Below are positions 48,400 through 58,069 of a stretch of 58,069 nucleotides of DNA, piece by piece. Position numbers and translations under genes: made by a program. Each line of letters starts with the position of its first letter. Within the stretch, counting starts at the first letter, position 1. The stretch comes from Chiloscyllium plagiosum (lineage: Eukaryota): NCBI RefSeq assembly GCF_004010195.1, contig NC_057750.1, positions 11,223,359-11,281,427 of the forward strand. Direction: 5' to 3'. The notes under the pieces were generated by a model, which saw only the letters and a program-made list of their open reading frames with translations, did no database searches and was not told where the DNA came from.

Positions 48400-49039
48400 C
48401 GTTATGGACCAGACCAAAGCCCCTCAAAATGTATTAAGAAAGACAGTTTAGACCCTAACTTTTTGCTTATTTTAAATGTAGGTGTAAAGTATTGCATTCC
48501 AGATGCAATTTGATTGGTTAAACTATCAGATTTGAAGCAAAATACACTTTATTCATGCTCTATAGTTAAAATACAATAAAAGAAAAAATAAAGAAAATAA
48601 TTGGCTCAGCTGTAACTATTGAAATACTTAACAAAATAATAGATAAAGTAACTATTGCTAATTAACTATTCCAATATAGTAACATCCCACAAACCCTCGA
48701 CAAAGGCAAATTCAGAAAAACAGATTGTCTCACGTGCAATTCCAGCAGCAAGAGAACCCCCAACTTTTAGCTGTAACCGAGAAAGGAAAAACAGTTTCCA
48801 CATTTAGTTTCAAAACCCCAGCAGCGACTGCTAATGAAAAACTAAAAATCCTGTTTCTGTAGGAGTTGGCCCCACCCATTCAGGCTGCTTCTATTGTTCC
48901 AACTTTTTAAAAACATCCAAAGCCTCTCAAGGTGTTATTTTATGAGCTTTCAATAGACAGCTTGATACCGCTTCCTTAAAACCTCTCTCCAAATAAAACC
49001 AGGGCAATACACACTTCTTAAAGCCATAGTATCATTACA
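48400..49039. mobile_element. Solo LTR (640 bp) with a 4-bp TSD in BLVRB intron 3
   Basis: (C)GTTATG...CATTACA termini; ATAT at 48396-48399 and 49040-49043. Confidence 0.7.
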
Positions 49040-49322
49040 ATATCCTATTGACTTCTTTGCATGGGGTTCATGTGGAGTGAACTGAATTGACATCTGTGAT
49101 GCTAGGGTCTTCAGGAAGGTGCCAAGATGGATTGTCTATGACTCTATGGATTGTCCATTTGGTACCTCTGGCTGATGATAGTGGCAAACCCTTCAGCCTT
49201 GCCTTTTGCACTAATGTGCTAGGCTCCCCTGTCGGTGAGGATGGGAATATTTGTGGAGATGTCTCTTCCAGTTAGGGTGGTGAGAGATGAAGGCAGTTGA
49301 TGTGTTCTTTCTATTTCTACAG

Positions 49323-49454
49323 CATTCCTTTTATGGGACAAAGCCAAGATCCCACCACGATTGCTGGATGTCACAAAGGATCACCAGACGATGTATGAAG
49401 TATTGAAGAATTCTGGGCTGGATTATGTGGCTGTATTTCCACCTCACATTGACA
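49323..49454 (+). CDS. BLVRB: BLVRB coding exon 4
   Basis: Acceptor TTTCTACAG|; (T)FLLWDKAKIPPRLLDVTKDHQTMYEVLKNSGLDYVAVFPPHID; donor A|GTGAG. Absent from the ORF track, translated by hand. Confidence 0.96.
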
Positions 49455-50135
49455 GTGAGATCATCTTTACTGTGTTTGACTAAAATTACTGCAGGACATG
49501 GGGCAGAGACATCCAATCTAAATGGAAGCATGATGTGGAGGCTGGGTGGATTAGCTGTGGGAAATGCAGGCTTACCAGGAATAGGGTAGGTCTGGGAGAA
49601 ATGTTCTTCGGAGGGTCATTGTGGACTTGATGGGCTGAATTGCCTGCTTTCACGCTATAGGGATTCTACGATTATGTTGAAGATATTTTGCCAATGCAAA
49701 TACAGAAAAATTATTCTTACTGGTAAGTGGGTTCAAAATCATTGGCAAAATATCTACAGGGAAGATGGTGAGAAAGGTTTTCACTCACAATTATTAGAAT
49801 GAGAGTTCCTCACTTGAAAGATAATTTGAAAGGCTGCATTGATGCTAATGCAACTGCATGATTGGCACATGCTGTCCATGCTGTTACAATGTCTGTCCCA
49901 TCACTGCAGGCTGCCAGAAACTTTGCAATAATGACCCATACCAGAACATCACAACTAATTACTCTGAGAAACAGCATTGCTAAAGATAATGAGGTATTGA
50001 CACTCACATTTACACTCTTTTAAAAACTATAGCTCACTTTATGCAATAACACTGTTTTAACTACAAACAGATTTATCATCACATTCTCAGCTCTCCAAAT
50101 ACTACCCTGTTCAATAAAATATTCCACAGGAAGTA

Positions 50136-51055
50136 GAGAGTCATAGGGATGTACAGCATAGAAACAGAATCTTCAGTGCAACTCATCCATGATGACCAGA
50201 TATCCTAAATTAATCTAGTCCCATTTGCCATCACTTGGCCCATATCCCTTTAAACCCTTCCTATTTATATACTCATCCAGGTGCCTTTTAAATGTTGTAA
50301 TTGTACCAGCCTCTACCACTCCCTCTGGCAGGAAAAAAGTGAGGACTGTGGATGTTGGAGATCAGAGTCGAAAAGTGTGGCGCTGGAAAAGCACATAAGG
50401 TTAGGCAGCATCCGAGGAGCAGGAGAATCGACATTTTGGGCATAAGCCCTTCATCAGGAATGCTGATGAAGGGCTTATGCCCGAAATGTTGATTCGCCTG
50501 CTCCTTGGATGCTGCCTAACCTGCTGTGCTTTTCCAGCACCTCTTTACAACTATTTCCTATGGCAGCTCATTCCATACACACACCATCCTCTTGTGAAAA
50601 AGTTGCCCCTTGGGTCCCTTTTTAAATCTTTTGCCTCTCAACTTAAACATATGTCCTCTAGTTTTCAACTCCCTTAGTCTGGAAAAAGCACACTGGCTAT
50701 TCACTATATCTCTGCCCCTCATGACTTTATAAACCTCTCTATAAGGTCAGTCTCTCCCTATCCCGGCTCAAACCCTCCAATCCCGGCAACATCCTTGTGA
50801 ACCTTTTCTGAACCCTTTCAAGTTTAACAATATCATCCTGATAGCAGAGAAACCAGAATTGAATGCAGTATTCCAAAAGTGGCCTAACCAATGCCCTGTA
50901 CAGCTGTAACATAACAACCCAACACCTATACTCAATGCACTGACCAATGAAAGCATATGCCTTCTACACCACCCTGTGTATCTGCGACTCCACTTTCAAG
51001 GAACTATGCACATGTACCCATAGCTCCTGTTATTGAGCAACACTCCCCAGCGCCC
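50136..51055 (-). mobile_element. CR1 LINE 3' end containing a Penelope-derived hairpin (about 50335-50541)
   Basis: CR1 C-terminal motifs on the - strand, with an inverted repeat centred on about 50460. Confidence 0.85.
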
Positions 51056-51685
51056 TCCATACAAGGTTGTATTCTGCAAGATGTAGCATAATCTAAGTTC
51101 AACCACCAGATGGCACCAGAACACTGCTCTGGTGGCAGTCAAACATACGTCAACCAAAGTCACACTTCGTTTTCTGAGAATTCTTCAAGAGTTGGTTGAA
51201 ATTTTACTTTTTATTTGAAAGCATTCTCCAGTTGGGATGAATTTTGCACACATTTGCATATTTGTAAAGGAAGCATTTTGCACTTAAAGTCACTTTCTAC
51301 ATCCTCAGCATGTTCCAAAATTACAATTCAGTAGTTTTCTACCCTGTGCAGTGGAAATTCTTCCTTTCTTGTATCATTCCTACCTTGATATTCTGGTGTC
51401 TGTCCTCTATTGCCAAAATTTCTGTTTGCATCCTATCCTGATAATTCTATTTTAATCAACTCTATGCTAATGTTCTTCTGTATTTTTCTATTTTTGTGCT
51501 ATAAATACTATTGTAATGCTAACATCAGCAGTCACATGCTATTGTGAGTCTGAAAGAATGGAGTAACCTGTACTAGAGAGGTGTATATTAGAGATCAGTA
51601 TGTGTGTAAATAAGAGGGTTTTTCTTTTATTAGACAGGAGTCACTCTTGGTTAAGACAGAGACTTGGATGCAATACAGTATGAAT

Positions 51686-52001
51686 AGATTAGATTAGATT
51701 ACATTACAGTGTGGAAACAGGCCCTTCGGCCCACCAAGTCCACACCGACCCGCCAAAGCGTAACCCACCCATACCCCTACATTTACCCCTTACCTAACAC
51801 TACGGGCAATTTGGCATGGCCAATTCACCTGACCTGCACATATTTGGACTGTGGGAGGAAACCGGAGCACCCGGAGGAAACCCACGCAGACACGGGGTGA
51901 ACGTGCAAACTCCACACAGTCAGTCGCCTGAGGCGGGAATTGAGCCCGGGTCTCTGGCGCTGTGAGGCAACAGTGCTAACCACTGTGCTACCGTGCCACC
52001 C
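51686..52001 (-). mobile_element. HE1/V-SINE, full length
   Basis: Complete head to (TCTAA)n tail on the - strand. Confidence 0.93.
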
Positions 52002-52464
52002 ACAGATGTAGCATAATCTAAGAATAGAAACTATGCAATCTAAGGGAGCATTGCAGACTAGAATCCCGAATCCCAAACCTCATGATAAATTAAGGATTGC
52101 ATTATGAAGTCAGATCAAACCTCTTTTACATCCAATATAGTATGATCTTGGTTAGAAATTCTTTCCAGGGTAATCTGTAGTAAAGCTATGAAGCGACAAA
52201 TCAGATTGTGATAATGTTTCTGAGTATGTGTTGAAAACAATGACTTTTCTAACGACAGTTCCATGTGATATTTATGTTTCACAGCAACCCTTTCCAACCC
52301 TTTTTCATCAAACATACCGTTCTATTGCTTTTTCCACCATGTTGTTTAGCTTCCCCTTCAATGCATCTACAGAATTCACTTAAACTGTTACCTGTGGCAG
52401 CAAATGTCTTGCCATTCTGTCCAAGGCTATGGGCTAAGGGCTGGAAACTGGGATTAGAATACTT

Positions 52465-52758
52465 AGATTAGATTACCTACAATGTGGAAACAGGCCCTTT
52501 GGCCCAACAAGTCCACACTGACCCCCCCCCAAAGAGAAACCCACCCCCTATATTTACCCCTGACTAATCCACCTAACACTATGGGCCATTTAGTACGGCC
52601 AGTTCACCTAACCTGTACATCTTTGGAAACTGGAACACCGAGAGGAAACCCACACAGACACGGGGAGAATGTGCAAACTCCACACAGACTGTTGCCCGAG
52701 GCAGGAATTGAACCCGGGTCCCTGGCGCTGTGAGGCAGCAGTGCTAACCACTGAGCCA
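52465..52758 (-). mobile_element. HE1/V-SINE
   Basis: GGCTCAGTGGTTAGCACTGCTGCCTCACAGCGCCAGGGACCCGGGTTC head on the - strand. Confidence 0.9.
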
Positions 52759-53270
52759 TAGGTGGTTATTTTTTTTGACAGGCACCTGTCATTGGGTCAA
52801 AGGGCCTTTTTCTCTGTTGCAGCTCTCCAAGACTCTCTTTAACTCTGGCTCTGGGTAAGTCAAGTTTTTCCAGTATTCACTATTAGATTGTCTCGTGTTT
52901 GTAGCAGTAGTGTTCAATGCAGATTACTGCTGGAAAGAAATTCTATGGGTTGGAGCTAGGGTTGTGTGTTGGCTTGGAAATTCTTCCTCTTACTATCCAA
53001 AAGGCTTTGTTTGCACCCTATCCAGATATTTCAGTTGTAACTTCCCTATCCCAGTTCATTTCTATCTTCCCTATCCTGATATTCCTATATGGTCTCCCTA
53101 TCCCGATATTCCTATATGGTCTCTCTATCCCAATATTCCTATTTATCCCTATCCCCATATCCCTGTGAATTTCCTCCTTTTCACAGCATTCCTAATTGAA
53201 TCACTCTCCCAGTAATTTGTATCCTCCTAATCCCAAACTTCTGTTACAAATTGCTCTCTTTCCCTTTCAG

Positions 53271-53431
53271 ATGATCAACCCTTAACTGAGGCTTACACTG
53301 TGTCAGTGAATGCAAGGGGAGGCCGGGTCATCTCCAAACATGACTTGGGACATTTCTTCCTCAAGTGCCTGACGACTTCAGAATACGATGGGAATTTTGT
53401 CTGTGTGTCCGGAAATTATACACATTCGTGA
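53271..53431 (+). CDS. BLVRB: BLVRB coding exon 5 (terminal)
   Basis: Acceptor TCCCTTTCAG|; (N)[52 protein letters not shown], then TGA. Exons total 76+162+90+132+161=621 nt, i.e. 206 aa plus stop. Confidence 0.96.
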
Positions 53432-53535
53432 TACAGCTTGCAATTGGCAGAGGCTTGCAATTGGTGGAGAGTGTGTGGTGCTTTTGTTAACATTATCTCT
53501 TTTTCTAAAAAAAAATTTTCATCAGAAGTCAGAAT

Positions 53536-53541
53536 AATAAA
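53536..53541 (+). terminator. Probable BLVRB polyadenylation signal
   Basis: AATAAA 105 nt after the stop, followed by GT/T-rich sequence near 53575-53600. Confidence 0.65.
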
Positions 53542-54089
53542 TGACATAAATCTACAAGACTCCTTGAAAGTTCCTGTGGCTGTGAATGTTTTGTGTTTTT
53601 AAAAAAAGTGAACTTCTTTTTCAAATCAATCTGTTCGGTGATATTATTACATACCTCTGGATCAGGTGGGACTTGAATGCAAACCTCTAGTTCCAAGGTG
53701 GAAACATTACCACTGTGCCACAATAGGGCCCCTAAATGCTCAAGTGATGGTATGGTATGGTCCAATCCATTCCCTGGGTGTGTTTCTAAAATTGACCAGA
53801 TCGGTCCCAGGTTCCAACAAGATAGTGATTGATTGACATAAACCTGCTTCAACCATCGCAGGGGTTAGGGGTGTGTGTATTTGGGGGAGGGGGGTATATG
53901 GAGAATAAGCAATTTATACACAGCAAGATCCTGCAAACACAAAAAAAAAATCAGCCAGGGAGAATTCTTATGCTGTTCTCTGAAATCATACCATACTGTG
54001 TTTTTTTTAAACCCTTCTCCCTGTTCCCTCTGGGAATACCACCATTCTTTGCAAAACCAATCCCCCCTCAACTCATGCCTCCAACTACC

Positions 54090-54460
54090 ACAGACACTGC
54101 TGCCCTTATTTAGAGACCTCAGGACACCCCCAAAGTACTTTTAAAGTGTGGTTACTGTTGTAATGCAGGAAACACAGCAGCTCAAAGCAAGCTTCAACAA
54201 AAAGAAACAGTGGGGCGAATAAATAATCCAGGTCAATGATGTTGATTCCAGGACACTGGGAAGAGTTTTCCTGCTCTTCTTTGACAAGGTGCCAAAAGAT
54301 CTTTAACATTTCCCAGAAGGGACAGCGTATGCCTTATTTTTATGTCGTAGCCAATGAATGACTTTATGTCTCAGTCCTGCGCAGGTGAGATTATGTGCTC
54401 AGGTCTCTGAAGTAGACTTGAATCAGCAACCCTCCGATTCTGAGGCTGAAATATTACTAA
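54090..54460 (-). mobile_element. DeuSINE-type SINE remnant
   Basis: Reverse complement of TTCAAGTCTACTTCAGAGACCTGAGCACATAATCT...GAGCAGGAAAACTCTTCCCAGTGTCCTGG. Confidence 0.6.
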
Positions 54461-55079
54461 TGACCCACATCTGGTGAGAGAACAGACTGATTCCGTACAC
54501 ATATGTGAGGTGGCTGGGTGAAGGGTGTGGGGTACGGTGCTGGGTCTATTTTTGATTAGCTCGAGCACAACTTCAAGATCATTTACAAAAGAGTGGTTTG
54601 GCTAAACTGAACTAGATTTACCAGCCGTTGAAATGGAGTGGAACGGACTCACCCTTGATCCTGAAGGAACAGACCCAGACCAGACCCAGACCAGGAAAGC
54701 TCCAAGTTGAAACTTTGACATCCTTTTGCGCATTTTGCTTTCACTCAGGAAGCCCACACTGCTGAGTTGGAAAGGGAAAAATAACCTAAATTTCAAGATC
54801 ACTTACAAAACAATGGTTCAGCTACACCCATGGAACGCCTGTGAAAACTTTCTGTTGTATGTAGTTTCTTGCACCATTGGCTCAGATGCAGGCACTTCCC
54901 ATTAAAGGTCATGAGCTGGCAATCTGGAGCAAGAGTTGTGGCTGAAGGTTACATGCTCACATCATGTCAGGCTCACACTGTTTGAATGCAAATAACTTCC
55001 CTGAACTTCACATCAGGACAGAGTTTGTTGTCTGTGATGTATAATGCTCCACATCCTGTTTAGCCTCAAAATAAGGAGG

Positions 55080-55335
55080 AGCAGATTTAGGACTGAGATG
55101 AGGAGAAACTTCACCCAAAGGGTTGTGAATCTGTGGAATTCCCTGCCCAGTGAAGCCATTGAGGCTACCTAGCTGAATGCTGATTTTTTTTAACAGCGAA
55201 GGGATTAAGGGTTATGGCGAGTGGACGGGTAAGTGGAGCTGAGTCCATGAAACGATCAGCCATGGTCTTATTGAATGGCGGGGCAGGCTCGACAGGCCAG
55301 ATGGCCTACTCCTGGTCCTAGTCCTTATATTCTGA
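55080..55335 (+). mobile_element. CR1 LINE extreme 3' end
   Basis: Closely similar to 47525-47795. Confidence 0.85.
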
Positions 55336-57852
55336 AGTTCCTCTTCTCAGCTCTGGAAGGTGGGCCAACGTTCTGAGTGAAAGCAAAATTCAACTTGGAG
55401 TTTTCCTGGTCTGGGTCTGCTCCACTGAGTTAGGCCCTCTGGATCAAGGAAAACTTGCTTCTGCTCCAGTTTGATGGCTGGTAAATCCGCTACAGGGTCT
55501 GCAGACTCGGGGACAGTTGGTGGTCGATAGTTGCTTGGAGATTTTAGTGCTCTCTCCAACCCTTCAACCTTGCTTCAGAACATTCTAAACAAGTCTATTG
55601 AGATTTTCAGGGCTTTCCTGTGCTATTTTGGTTGGTCACAGGCCAGATCCTCCTGTGAGTTGGGTGGCGGAAGTTTGACCTCTTCAAGAATGCCTTGATG
55701 AGATTGCTAAAACATTTCCACCATCCTCTTGGAAGTCTCCTTCCATAACAGAGTTTGCTTTGGCAATCTGCTACGATGCATGTGGGGCAACACAACCCGC
55801 ACAGTGGAGCTGGATTTGACTAATTAGCACCTTGGTGATACATATGAATTAGAAGCAGACGAAAGGCCACACAGAGTTTATTCCACCATTAAGAAATATA
55901 GAAAAAAGGGGCTGGAGTTGGGCATTTGGTCCTTTAAACCTGTCAATATGATCGTGGTTAATACTCCATCTCAACACTGTACTCCTGTGCTCTCCCCATA
56001 CCAGGAATGCAATACAATTTCGACAAAATGCGTCTCCTGTATCCTACAATTAATAAGCTATCTTAAAATTAGTTATAAAAAGTTGAACGCCTATTTTAGT
56101 TATGCGTGGCCCCCAAATCCTAAATCTTACAGTTCCTTGTCAGCCAAGAATCTCTCTCAGATACACTGGGCAAGTTGTGACATCACATCTATTACATTCC
56201 TTTGCTTCAATAAACACCCATGAATTAAAATGATTGCAAAATAAAATCAAAAGTCTTCACTGGGGTCTTCAAAGCTATCAGCTAATTAAGAACATTGTCA
56301 TCAGTCAAAGCAATATAATGGTTTTATTGGAAACATCGGTAGAAAAAGAGTCTCCTCTTTGAAGCCTATAATGTGTGGCTCTATTGATGGAGCACATTGC
56401 CACACAGAGTACAGGTATTCAAGAAGAAATCCCATCTTCAATTGTTCAAAGCTTCAAGAGATGGGGAATAGATAGTCTTCCCCGCATTGACCATACCTTA
56501 AGAATAAATGATAAAAGGGGAGACAGCAAAGATTTTTTTCATCCTATCTCCTCTGACAGGAACCTCAAACTGTTCAGCTCTTTCACCACCATCACCCCAA
56601 CTTTTTGATTTATTTGCATTTTCCTCATGAAGTTCCTGCCTATCTATGCAAACACTGTTCCAATTCAACTACCGCCATTAGATTGATATTTTCGAAAATT
56701 GGTGACTTCTTGTCGATCTATGCTTGTTGAGTTTGTCCGACTGATGTTTGGCAAATTATGCCACTTAACCTGAGCCCTTTGATCAGGCATTTCACATCAC
56801 CTTAAAGACCTCCAAAGTCAGCACCAACATAATATACCTTACATTTCTGTGTTTGCTGTGTACAAATAGGCTGCTGTGTTCCCCACCTTGAGACAATGGA
56901 ATCAGAAGTTATCGGAGGGTAGTAGAAATGAGGCCACATTCAGATTAACCTCAATCTTATTGAATAACAGAGCAAGTTTGAGGGTCCAAATGTAAGGTTA
57001 TAATTCAGAACATTATGTCTGAATAATGCAGTTATGGTCTTTGCTTCCCTCACAAGCCTGTGTCTGAGTTTGTGATGCAGCAAGGGAGATGACTGCAGTT
57101 CCTACAGGATGGTGGTGAATGTATTTCTGGAACTGGCAAAGTCCCCTGAGCTTTTTTATGCTCAATTATTGGGTTATTCTATTAAGGAAATCAGGGGATA
57201 GTGCAGTAAAGTGGAGTTAAAGTAGATGATCAGCTACATCTTACTGAAGGGAAGAGCAAGTTCAAACGGCTTACTCATAGATTCAGACAACATGGCTTCA
57301 GTCCAACTATAGTCCATGCTGAACGTAATCCCAAACTAAACTAGTCCCACCTGCCTGCCCTTGGCCCATATCCTATTCATACACTTGTTTAAGCATCTTT
57401 TAAACATTCTAATTGTGCCCACATCCAGCAATCCCTCAGGACGCTCATTCCACACACGATCCACCCTCTGTGTAAAGAATTTGCCCCTCATGACATTTTA
57501 AAATCTCTCCTCTCACCTTAAAAGTATAGCCCCTAGTATTTTTGTGTTCTAATAAGAAGCCCTTAAAAGAGAACGTGGCAGCCATTCTTGCTTGGAAATC
57601 TTACTTCCTTGGTAGGTAAGCTAAAAGGTTAACAGCCAGTGAAACTTTATTAAAACAGTAAATGTAGCAAGATTGTTATCTGTAATAAAAGTCAGATACA
57701 AGCTAAAACAAGAATTAGCTTGGGTACGTTTACACGGGGGAAACAATATACATTATTATGTGCAATGGAGAGTCGACTGACCATTCAGTCATGTGTAACA
57801 ATTGAAATTTGGCATTTTCAATTTTAAAAAAAACTTATTAGTAAAGTTCTCA

Positions 57853-58069
57853 TGAGATACAGAGCTGAAAATGTGTTGCTGGAAAAGCGCAGCAGGTCAG
57901 GCAGCATCCAAGGAACAGGAGAATCGACATTTGGTGCATAAGCCCTTCTTCAGGAATGAGGAAAGTGTGTCCAGCAGGCTAAGATAAAGGGTCGGGAGGA
58001 GGGACTTGGGGGAGGTGCTTTGGAAATGCGATAGGTGGAGGGAGGTCAAGGTGAGGGTGATAGGCCAGA
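57853..58069 (-). mobile_element. Penelope-like terminal repeat with a decayed hammerhead core
   Basis: Same family as 3235-3409 and 6392-6567; runs off the window edge. Confidence 0.75.

Noticed and set aside
53175..53200. TTTCACAGCATTCCT resembles the exon 4 acceptor and start (duplicated exon?)
   Set aside because: Similarity is only about 11 nt and the downstream translation does not resemble exon 4.
56290..56800. Unique - strand stretch with a 42-codon ORF (MPDQRAQVKW...) and AATAAA, possibly the 3' end of a convergent gene
   Set aside because: No convincing acceptor in that frame and no recognisable homology.

Overview
Repeat-rich vertebrate genomic DNA, almost certainly from a shark (HE1/V-SINEs, DeuSINE cores, abundant CR1 LINEs; carpet shark is only a guess). 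It contains two host genes. One is a complete five-exon BLVRB (flavin reductase/biliverdin reductase B, 206 aa, + strand, 34887-53431). The other is an unidentified, apparently single-coding-exon zinc-finger ORF (- strand, 10447-11976). Between them lies a 7.7-kb degenerate class I (gamma/epsilon-like) endogenous retrovirus (- strand, 22059-29756). It has two LTRs, a tRNA-Ser-like PBS, a PPT, gag, a pol lacking protease and the RT core, integrase and env. The env N-terminus carries what looks like a captured calcium-binding-EGF-like module, the most unusual item here. Other points of interest: Penelope-derived mini-inserts with minimal hammerhead ribozyme cores and 10-15 bp target duplications; an inverted Penelope endonuclease pair; a Ty1/Copia remnant abutting the ERV; ERV flanks that belong to two different elements; and a 19-bp direct repeat bracketing a SINE plus about 590 bp of unique DNA (possible transduction). 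There is a 571-nt N gap at 38690-39260. Repeat boundaries are read by eye and approximate unless exact motifs are quoted.
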